This document shows, piece after piece, positions 49,039 through 57,063 of a stretch of DNA of 64,000 bases. Under the pieces are notes generated by a model. That model worked only from the letters and a program-made list of their open reading frames with translations, ran no database searches and was not told where the DNA came from. Source of the stretch: an uncultured Verrucomicrobiota bacterium (GTDB taxonomy: Bacteria > Verrucomicrobiota > Verrucomicrobiia > Limisphaerales > CAIMTB01). Numbering within the stretch: position 1 is the stretch's first letter; each line of letters opens with the position of its first letter. A program made the position numbers and the translations under genes. The DNA is taken from the NCBI GenBank assembly GCA_942490575.1, contig CALNYA010000069.1, positions 53,901 through 117,900 on the forward strand, read 5' to 3'.

Positions 49039-52000
49039 GGTCGGTCGTTTTCCGCGAGCAGGCGCTCCACTTCGTCATCCGACATTCCTTCGACGGCCAG
49101 CAGCAGCTCCGAAGTCCGCGTCAGGCGCCGTTCGGTTTCGGGATCCGTCGCCAACCGGACGGCGAGTTGGGCGACGGTTGGGGCCTCGAAAACGCGCCGC
49201 AAGGGGAGCTCGATCCGAAAGGTGTCGCGAATGCGCGACGCCAACTGGGTGGCCAGCAGGGAATGGCCGCCGAGTTCCGCGAACAGGTCGTCGTGGAGGC
49301 CCACCTGGCGCAGGCCGAGCACCCCGGCCCAGATTCCAGCGAGGACCCGCTCCACGGGGGTATTCGGTGCCACGAAGGACCTGGCTAGTTCGGGTCGGTC
49401 CGGGCTCGGCGAGGGCAAGGCGTGTCGATCGATCTTTCCATTCGGGGTCAACGGAAGGGCATCCAGCAACACCATGGCGGAAGGCACCATGTACTCCGGC
49501 AGATTCCCGCCGAGGAATTCACGAAGCAGGGGAACGAGGCGCTGCGAAAAAGCCGCCTGCATTGGGTTGTTGGCGTAGCTGGACCAGGGCTTCGCGGGCA
49601 CGGCCTCGACAGGAAACAGGGCCGCGTGGCCGTCCCCTTCGGCGTCGTCCCGCCGACGGAGCATCAGCACGTCAAAGGCGCCAGGTTCACCCGCGTGGGA
49701 CCACCGAATGTCGGTGTCATAGCTCAAGGCCCGTCCCAGCTCCCAGAAGTCCTCGGGGTCCGCGCCCCCGCCGTCGGAGTCGGAGGGTTCCGAGCCGTCC
49801 CGCGTCCCGGCCACGGTGTCGCCGTCCCCGGACTCGGCGAGTTCCCTCATCCGTCGCACCGCCTCGGCCAGGCGCGCGTTGGGAACCCCGCGGAACCCCA
49901 CGAGAGGGGGTCGTTCACGCACCAGGTGTTGTCGAAGGGCGTCCAGGTTCGCCTGGGGGCCGGGCCAATTCCTCCAGGGAATCCCGTCGCCGGATTCCAT
50001 TCCCGCCGTCGCTTCCGAACGGAGGATCACATCGGTCCGAAACCGGCTCAGTTCGTTGAGATACCGGCCGCGTTTGGGCCGGGTCTGAATCGCCGTGAGG
50101 TTGGGGAAGCGCCGCCGCAAAGCGTGGAAGAAGAGGGGATCGATCACCAACTCCTCGTCCCGCCCGATGGCGTTGGTGATCCGCCGTCGAAGTTCAGGAA
50201 CCGCGAGGGAGGACGGAGCCTTGTCCCATTGGATGGCGGTGTGGAGGCATGGAAGGAGCGGCAACAATCGCACATCGCCCAGGAACAGGTTTCCTCCGGG
50301 GGCCAGGCGGGCCATGGCGCGGTCCAGGACCCGGATGAGGTAGGCGATATTGGGGAAGTACTGAACCACGGAGTTGAGAATGATCGTGTCGAAGGGGCCC
50401 TCCCCGACGCCTTCGAGATCCTCGGCCGCCCGGTGGGACACGCGGACGCGTTGGGTCCACGCTCCCTGGGCGGCCAGTTCGTTCCGGAGGTACTCGACCG
50501 CGACCTCCGAGAAGTCGAGCGCCGCGTACTCCTGGCAGTGGGGCGCCAGACGAAACAGGAGGAGTCCCGTTCCGCATCCGATCTCCAACACGCGGGAGGG
50601 ATTCAGGGAGGCGATCGCCTCCACGGTTCGATCCACCCATTCCCGCATCTCCCCCGCGGGGATCGGATCGCCCGTGAAGGAGCTTGTCCATCCCGTGAAA
50701 TCCGACTTCGCGTCCTGGGCGGGCGACCGTTTTTCCAATCCCTCGTAGACCACTTCGTCGTAGACCTTCCGCCATTGCCGCACCTGCTGGCGGCTCCAGG
50801 ACTCCATCTCGAGTTCGGAGTTGGGATCGCTGGAATCCTCCCGCGCCCGCACGACATAGGCCACCAGCCTGCGGTCGTGGGACGGGTCGTCCGTCACGGT
50901 CGCGACCGCGTCCCCGACCGCCGGATGTCGCCGCAGCATCGCCTCGATCTCCCCGAGTTCGATGCGGAACCCGCGCAGCTTGACCTGATGATCGACGCGA
51001 CCGAGGAACTCGATCTGGCCGTCCGCTCGGTACCGGGCCCGATCCCCCGTTCGGTAGAGCGGATCGCCCGTGGTCGGCTGGAATGGATCCGGAACGAAGC
51101 GTTCGGCGGTCAAGTCCGGGCGATGGAGGTAGCCGCGCCCGACGCACGCTCCGCCGATGTGCAATTCGCCCGGAACCCCGATGGGTACCGGTTGCCCGCG
51201 CCGATCCAGGATGTAGTTGCGGACGTTGGCGATGGGGCGACCGATGGGGACCCATCCCCGGCATCCTTCCGCCGACCACGTGAAGGTGGTGGAGTTGATC
51301 GTGCATTCGGTCGGTCCGTAGAGATTCGTGACGGCGACCGGGAGACGGGCGAGGAGCGCCTCGACGACCTCGGCGGAGAGCGCCTCGCCGCCGCAGAAAA
51401 TCCGGCGCAACCGGCGGCACTCCGCCAGCCCGGGCTCCTCCAACAGGATCCTCAACAAGGACGGCACCAATTGGAGAACGCTGATCTCGCGCCGGAGGAG
51501 CGACTCGATCAGCCGCGCCGGATCGGGGTGGTCCTCCTGCGGATGCAGGACCAGGCGCGCTCCCGCCAGCAATGGCGCCCACACCTCCCAGACCGAGGCG
51601 TCGAAACTGGTCGCCGTGCGCTGAAGCACGCGATCCTCGGGGGTCAATGGGAAGTCCGCCTGCATCCAGAGCATGTGGTTGCAGATCGCGCGATGCGGTA
51701 CCACGGCGCCCCGAGGTCGGCCGGTGGATCCGGAGGTGAATATCACATACGCGGCATCCTCGGGCGCGCTTTCGCCCTCGAGGTTTTCGTCCGGGGTATC
51801 GGCCCAGGAACGGGCATCCCGATCGAGGCAAACCGGGAGAGCGCCCCCGGGGGCGAAGCGAACGACCAGACGTTCGTGGGTCAGCAGGACGCCGACCCGC
51901 GCCTCGGCGACCATGAGTTCAAGCCTCCGCTTCGGATACGCGGGATCCAGGGGCAGGTAGGCGCCACCGGCCTTGAGCACGGCCAGGAAGGCGATCACGA

Positions 52001-53774
52001 GATCGGGACTTCTCTCCAGGCAGACGCCCACCACTTCATCCGCGCCGACGCCCAACCCCTTCAAGTGCCGCGCCAGTCGGTTCGCCCGGGCGTTCAACTC
52101 GGCGAAGGAGAGGAACTCGTCCCCCCACTCGACGGCCGGAAGATCCGGGGTCCTCTCCACTTGCGCCTCCACCAACCGGTGGAGCGTCGCATCGGGGGGA
52201 TGGGGGCGGTGGGTCTGATTCCACTCGACCAGAATTCGCCGCCGCTCGGCGGGTCCGATCAACGGATACTCGTCGACGCCGCGGTCCGGATCCGCGGCGA
52301 CGCCTTCCAGGAGCAATCGGTATTGTCCGGCCATTCGCTCGATCGTCGTCGCGTCGAAAAGGTCCGTGTCGTATTCCCACGTACCGACGAGGTCATCGCC
52401 GCCGTCGAAGAGACTGAACGCGATGTCGAAAATGGACGTTTGGCGTTGGATATCGACGGGTCGGACTTGCGCGGCACCGGATGGGGAAACCGCCGTGGGC
52501 GCGTTGAACAACTGAAACGTGACCTGGAAAAGCGGGTTTCGGCTGAGGTGCCGCTCGGGCCGCAGTTCGTCCACGAGCGTTTCGAAGGGCAAGTCCTGGT
52601 GCGCGAAGGCTTCCAGCGCCACCCGCCGCACCCTCTGGAGACATTCCCGAAACGTCGGTTCCCCCTCGAATCCGACGCGGAAAACCAGGGAGTTCACAAA
52701 GAAGCCGATCAGCCCCTCCAATTCGCGTCGGTTGCGCCCGGCGATGGGCGTCCCCACGACGACGTCGTCCTGTCCGGAATGCCGGTGGAGCAGCACCAGG
52801 AACGTCGCCATGAGGGTCATGAACAGCGTGGCATCCTCCGCCCCGCTCAATCGCCTGAGGGGCGCCACAAGGGAGGCGGGAAGGCGCATGGGCAGCGTCG
52901 CTCCCCGGTACCGCTGAACGTCGCTCCTGGGACGGTCGGTGGGTAGTTGAAGGACGGGCAGGTCGGCGAGTTGGCGCTTCCAATAGTCCACCTGGGCCCG
53001 CAGGACGTCTCCCCGCAGCCATCCCCTCTGCCAGACGGCGAAATCGGGGTACTGGATGGGAAGCTCCTCGAGCGGCGACGGACGTCCATAGGCGAACGCC
53101 GAGTAGAGTTCGGTGAGCTCCCGCGCGAAGATCCCCATGGACCAGCCATCCGCCACCACGTGATGCAAGGTGAGCGTGAAGATGAAGTCGGTCTCTCCCA
53201 GGCGCAGCAATCCGGCGCGCAACAGGGGTCCTGTCGCCAGGTCGAAAGGCTGGCGCGCCTCCTCCGTAATCCGCCGCGTCGCCTCCGCTTCGCGTTCCGT
53301 CTCCGCCAGTCCGCGCAGGTCCACGACGGGCACGGCGACCTTCAGCTCCGGCGCCACCACCTGCGCGGGGTCTCCGTCCGTCGACACAAGGGTCGTCCTC
53401 AGGCTCGCGTGCCGCCGGACGATCTCGTTCACGCAGCGCTCCATCAGGGGCGCGCTGACGGGGAAGGAGAAGCGCAGGGCCGACGGGATGTTGTAGAAGG
53501 CGTTTCCAGGCGCCAGTTGGTCCAGAAACCAAAGGCGCTGTTGGGCGAACGAGAGGACGGCGGGACCATCCTCCCGCCGGCACGGAATGCCGGGGTCGCG
53601 CGTGGCGCGCGCGGACCGCCCCTGGAGTCGCCGTTGAAGCAGCGCCTGCTTCTCGGAACTCAGGGCGGACCGGCGGGCTTCCGCGGGAATCGGTGGAATG
53701 GAGGGGGAGGCGTTCATGTTTTGGGGTCTCAAGATTCGGACGCGCCTCGTTCCGTTCTCGCGGGTTGATCTCAA
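49035..53774 (-). CDS. NRPS module 2, C-A(N-MT)-T
   Basis: 1579 aa from the TTG at 53774 (alternative ATG at 53717, MNASPSIPP). The C domain has HHVVADGWS. The A domain has AYVIFTSGSTGRPRG, NLYGPTE and YRTGDRARYRADGQIEFLGRVDHQVKLRGFRIE. A methyltransferase is inserted before LPEYMVP/PNGKIDR. The T domain has ELGGHSLLATQL. It shares an ATGA overlap with the module 3 gene. Confidence 0.95.
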   Translation of the reverse strand: MRSTRENGTRRVRILRPQNMNASPSIPPIPAEARRSALSSEKQALLQRRLQGRSARATRDPGIPCRREDGPAVLSFAQQRLWFLDQLAPGNAFYNIPSALRFSFPVSAPLMERCVNEIVRRHASLRTTLVSTDGDPAQVVAPELKVAVPVVDLRGLAETEREAEATRRITEEARQPFDLATGPLLRAGLLRLGETDFIFTLTLHHVVADGWSMGIFARELTELYSAFAYGRPSPLEELPIQYPDFAVWQRGWLRGDVLRAQVDYWKRQLADLPVLQLPTDRPRSDVQRYRGATLPMRLPASLVAPLRRLSGAEDATLFMTLMATFLVLLHRHSGQDDVVVGTPIAGRNRRELEGLIGFFVNSLVFRVGFEGEPTFRECLQRVRRVALEAFAHQDLPFETLVDELRPERHLSRNPLFQVTFQLFNAPTAVSPSGAAQVRPVDIQRQTSIFDIAFSLFDGGDDLVGTWEYDTDLFDATTIERMAGQYRLLLEGVAADPDRGVDEYPLIGPAERRRILVEWNQTHRPHPPDATLHRLVEAQVERTPDLPAVEWGDEFLSFAELNARANRLARHLKGLGVGADEVVGVCLERSPDLVIAFLAVLKAGGAYLPLDPAYPKRRLELMVAEARVGVLLTHERLVVRFAPGGALPVCLDRDARSWADTPDENLEGESAPEDAAYVIFTSGSTGRPRGAVVPHRAICNHMLWMQADFPLTPEDRVLQRTATSFDASVWEVWAPLLAGARLVLHPQEDHPDPARLIESLLRREISVLQLVPSLLRILLEEPGLAECRRLRRIFCGGEALSAEVVEALLARLPVAVTNLYGPTECTINSTTFTWSAEGCRGWVPIGRPIANVRNYILDRRGQPVPIGVPGELHIGGACVGRGYLHRPDLTAERFVPDPFQPTTGDPLYRTGDRARYRADGQIEFLGRVDHQVKLRGFRIELGEIEAMLRRHPAVGDAVATVTDDPSHDRRLVAYVVRAREDSSDPNSELEMESWSRQQVRQWRKVYDEVVYEGLEKRSPAQDAKSDFTGWTSSFTGDPIPAGEMREWVDRTVEAIASLNPSRVLEIGCGTGLLLFRLAPHCQEYAALDFSEVAVEYLRNELAAQGAWTQRVRVSHRAAEDLEGVGEGPFDTIILNSVVQYFPNIAYLIRVLDRAMARLAPGGNLFLGDVRLLPLLPCLHTAIQWDKAPSSLAVPELRRRITNAIGRDEELVIDPLFFHALRRRFPNLTAIQTRPKRGRYLNELSRFRTDVILRSEATAGMESGDGIPWRNWPGPQANLDALRQHLVRERPPLVGFRGVPNARLAEAVRRMRELAESGDGDTVAGTRDGSEPSDSDGGGADPEDFWELGRALSYDTDIRWSHAGEPGAFDVLMLRRRDDAEGDGHAALFPVEAVPAKPWSSYANNPMQAAFSQRLVPLLREFLGGNLPEYMVPSAMVLLDALPLTPNGKIDRHALPSPSPDRPELARSFVAPNTPVERVLAGIWAGVLGLRQVGLHDDLFAELGGHSLLATQLASRIRDTFRIELPLRRVFEAPTVAQLAVRLATDPETERRLTRTSELLLAVEGMSDDEVERLLAENDRP
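49560..50860 (-). other. Embedded SAM-dependent N-methyltransferase-type domain of module 2 (approximate bounds)
   Basis: The motifs are VLEIGCGTGLLLFRLAP (around 50565-50600), IILNSVVQYFP and PGGNLFLGDVR. It sits between the A8 and A9 core motifs. Confidence 0.8.
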
Positions 53775-56700
53775 ACCACCAGTTGCGCCTCCGCCTCGGC
53801 ATCGGACAGCGATTCGATCTCGCGGAGCACCAGTTCTTCAATCAGCACAGCCAAGCCCGCGACCGTCGGCGCGTCGAAGACCGCGCGAAGCGGCAGGTCG
53901 ATGTCGAACGATTCCCGGATCCGCGAAACCAATTGGGTCGCGCGCAACGAATGGCCGCCCAAGTCCGCGAAGAAGTGGTCGTGAATCCCGACGCGCTCAA
54001 GACCCAGCACTTCCCGAAAAATGAGCGCCAAGCGCTCCTCGGGCTCCGAGCGGGGCGCGACCAAGGCGGACGTCCGCGCGATCGCGTGGTCCGGGTCCGG
54101 CAGCGCCCCGCGATCCAGCTTCCCGTTGGGGTTCAGGGGCATCGCCTCGAGCCTGAGAAGGCGCGACGGCACCATGAACTCCGGCAGATGTCCGCGCGCG
54201 AATTCACGCAGCCCCGCCAGCCACGCGTCGACCGTCGGGTCCGCCGTCCCGCCATCCACCGCGCGGCCGGCGGAGGCGTCGCCGACGACATACGCGACGA
54301 GGACTTTGTCGCCATCCGGACGCCGGTGAAGGACCACGGCCGCATCGCGGACGCCTTCCCGCCGTCGGAGCACGGCCTCCACTTCGCCGGGTTCGATCCG
54401 GTAACCGCGAATCTTCGCCTGATGATCCAACCGCCCCAGGAACTCGATCGCGCCGTCGGGTCGGTGGCGTGCCAGGTCGCCGGTCCGATAGAGCCGAGCG
54501 GCGGGGTCCGGCGAAAAGGGGTCGCGAATGAAACGTTCCCGAGTGAGGTCCGGTTGGCCCAGATAACCTAGGGCCAGTCCGTCGCCGCCCGTGAGCAATT
54601 CCCCCGGCACTCCGACCGGCACGGGTTGCAGGTGACGATCGACGACATGGACCCGGGTATTCCCGATGGGCCGTCCGATGGGCACCGTCGCTCCCACATC
54701 CTCCTCCCGCGTCAATCGATGGCAGCACGTGAACGTGGTGTTCTCCGTGGGCCCGTACCCATTGATCAGAACGTGACCGGGAAAGCGCCTTAGGAATCTC
54801 CGAACGTGTTCCGGGGACAGCACGTCGCCACCGGCGAGGAGTTGGCGCACGCCGGCAAGGCTTTCGATCGGACCATCCACCATCTGTTGGAAAAGGCTCG
54901 AGGTCAGCCACAGCGTGGTGACGCGGTGCTCGACGATGAACCGGCCCAGATCCTCCAGGGATGGCGTGTCCGGGGGGTGGACGACCAAACGCCCGCCGTT
55001 GAGAAGCGCGCCCCAGATCTCGAAGGTGGACGCGTCGAATGAGATCGGCGCGAATTGAAGGAAAGTCTCCTCCTCCGGCGCGTCGACGACGCCCCCATCG
55101 CAGACCAGGCGCAGAACTCCGCGATGCGGAATGGCGGCGCCCTTGGGCCTGCCGGTGGATCCGGAGGTGTACATCACGTAGGCGATGGAATCGGGAGCCG
55201 CGTCGGGTGGCGGAGGGAGCGGGGTCCCCTGTTCGTCCTCGAATTCCGCATCCTCGCCGTCCAGTGCCAACCAGGGTATCCGCGACTCGGCGAAGAGCGG
55301 CGACCCGCGCGAACTCGCGACCACCAGGACGGGTGAACTGTCCGCCGTCATGAACCGCAGGCGTTCGGCCGGGTACCCGGGATCCAGGGGCACATAGGCC
55401 GCTCCCGCCTTGAGGATCGCCAACAGCGCCACGACCATTTCGGCGCCGCGCTCCAGGCAGACTCCCACCAACGATTCCGGGCCGACGCCCCTCTTCCGCA
55501 GGCGGCGCGCCAGGCGATCGGCCCGAGCGTCGAGTTCGGAATACGTTAGCCGCTCGTCTTCGAACTGAACCGCAACGCGTTCCGGGAAGCGCCGGGCGAT
55601 CTCCATGAAACGGGCGGGGATGCAGAGGTCCCGCGGGTAGGGCGTCGCGGTCCGGTTCCACTCCACCACGGCCCTGTGGCGTTCGGCCGCGGAGAGCATG
55701 GCCATGCGGGACACCGCGAGGTCGGGGTTGGCGACCGCGCCCTCAAGCAAGCGGAGGAAGTGCCCCGACAGTCTCGTGATCGTTTCCGCATCAAACAGCG
55801 CCGTGCTGAATTCGATCTGGCCCAGCAGGCGGTCCGCCGCTTCCCAAAGATTGACCGCCAGATCGAAGACGGCCGCGCCCCGCTCGACGCCGGGCACCGA
55901 TTCCGAGTTGGCGGCCGGCGCCAGCGGCACACCCAGGTTGCTGAACAGTTGAAAAGTCACCTGAAACAGCGGGTTGCGGCTGGGATCGCGCCTCGGTTGG
56001 AGTTCCTCCACCAGCTTCTCGAAGGGAACGTCCTGATGGGCGTACGCGTCGCTTGTCGTCTCCCGCACCCGTCGAAGGAGTTCGCGGAACGACGGGTCTC
56101 CGCGGAGGTCGAGACGCAACACCAGCGTGTTGACGAAGAAACCGATGAGCGGTTCGAGTTCGCTGCGGTTCCTCCCGGCGGTGGGAGCGCCGACAACGAC
56201 GTCATCCTGTCCCGAGTACCGGTGAAGCAACGCCACGAAACCCGCTAGCAGGGTCATGAAGAGGGTCGCCTCCTCCCTCCTCCCCAACTCGCGCAACCGC
56301 GCGCAGAGGACGGGTGGAATCACCAGAGATCGCGCGGCCCCTTCATAGGTGGCGATCGGCGGTCGTGGACGGTCCGTGGGCAGTCGAAGCACCGGCAGGT
56401 CCGCCAGTCGCTGGCGCCACCACGAAAGCTCCGAAGCCAGCCGGTCGCCCGTGAGAAACGAACGCTGCCAGACCGCGAAGTCCGCGTACTGGATCGGAAT
56501 GGCCGGCAGGGGCGAAGGCCGTTCGAGCCCAAACGCCGTGTAGAGGGCGGTCAGTTCGCGCGAGAAAACGACCATCGACCAGCCGTCGCTGATGATGTGA
56601 TGCAGGGTCAACAGGAAGATGTAGTCCGCGTCGCCCATCCGAAGAAGGGACGCCCGCACGAGGGGACCCTGAGCCAGGTCGAACGGGCGGCGCGCCTCCT

Positions 56701-57046
56701 CCTGGGTGAGACGGAGCGCCTCGGCGTCGCGCTCCGCGGGGGGCATGGTTCGGAGATCCATCACCGGGAGGTTGACCGGGGCCGGGGCCTCGACCTTCTG
56801 AACAGGAGCGCCATTCACCGCCACGAACCGTGTGCGCAACGATTCGTGGCGCCGCACCATCTCGGTGAGGCTCAGCTCCAGCACCCCCACGTTGAGCGCG
56901 AAGGCGAAGCGGAAGGACGCGGGGATGTTGTAGAAGGCGTTGCCGGGCGCCAGTTGGTCGAGGAACCAGAGGCGCTGTTGCGCGAAAGAGGGCGGGAAGG
57001 CGAAGGATTCGCCCGCCATCTCGGGACTCTTGGAGGAGGGAGGCAT
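53771..57046 (-). CDS. NRPS module 1, C-A-T (begins with a condensation domain)
   Basis: 1091 aa. The N-terminus is MPPSSKSPEMAGESFAFPPSFAQQRLWFLDQLAPGNAFYNIP, with HHIISDGWS. The A domain has AYVMYTSGSTGRPKG, NGYGPTE, YRTGDLARHRPDGAIEFLGRLDHQAKIRGYRIE and PNGKLDR. The T domain has DLGGHSLRATQL. Confidence 0.95.
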   Translation of the reverse strand: MPPSSKSPEMAGESFAFPPSFAQQRLWFLDQLAPGNAFYNIPASFRFAFALNVGVLELSLTEMVRRHESLRTRFVAVNGAPVQKVEAPAPVNLPVMDLRTMPPAERDAEALRLTQEEARRPFDLAQGPLVRASLLRMGDADYIFLLTLHHIISDGWSMVVFSRELTALYTAFGLERPSPLPAIPIQYADFAVWQRSFLTGDRLASELSWWRQRLADLPVLRLPTDRPRPPIATYEGAARSLVIPPVLCARLRELGRREEATLFMTLLAGFVALLHRYSGQDDVVVGAPTAGRNRSELEPLIGFFVNTLVLRLDLRGDPSFRELLRRVRETTSDAYAHQDVPFEKLVEELQPRRDPSRNPLFQVTFQLFSNLGVPLAPAANSESVPGVERGAAVFDLAVNLWEAADRLLGQIEFSTALFDAETITRLSGHFLRLLEGAVANPDLAVSRMAMLSAAERHRAVVEWNRTATPYPRDLCIPARFMEIARRFPERVAVQFEDERLTYSELDARADRLARRLRKRGVGPESLVGVCLERGAEMVVALLAILKAGAAYVPLDPGYPAERLRFMTADSSPVLVVASSRGSPLFAESRIPWLALDGEDAEFEDEQGTPLPPPPDAAPDSIAYVMYTSGSTGRPKGAAIPHRGVLRLVCDGGVVDAPEEETFLQFAPISFDASTFEIWGALLNGGRLVVHPPDTPSLEDLGRFIVEHRVTTLWLTSSLFQQMVDGPIESLAGVRQLLAGGDVLSPEHVRRFLRRFPGHVLINGYGPTENTTFTCCHRLTREEDVGATVPIGRPIGNTRVHVVDRHLQPVPVGVPGELLTGGDGLALGYLGQPDLTRERFIRDPFSPDPAARLYRTGDLARHRPDGAIEFLGRLDHQAKIRGYRIEPGEVEAVLRRREGVRDAAVVLHRRPDGDKVLVAYVVGDASAGRAVDGGTADPTVDAWLAGLREFARGHLPEFMVPSRLLRLEAMPLNPNGKLDRGALPDPDHAIARTSALVAPRSEPEERLALIFREVLGLERVGIHDHFFADLGGHSLRATQLVSRIRESFDIDLPLRAVFDAPTVAGLAVLIEELVLREIESLSDAEAEAQLVV

Positions 57047-57063
57047 GGGCGGAAGCGGGGTTG

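Noticed and set aside
44650-52946. Very long + strand ORFs (44650..47235, 47665..49578, 49422..52946, and also 53693..54571, 57061..58647)
   Set aside because: They are antisense shadows of the minus-strand NRPS and decarboxylase genes. Their composition is low-complexity and rich in R/G/P/E/V, with no motifs. The opposite strand carries unambiguous C, A, MT, T and PLP motifs.
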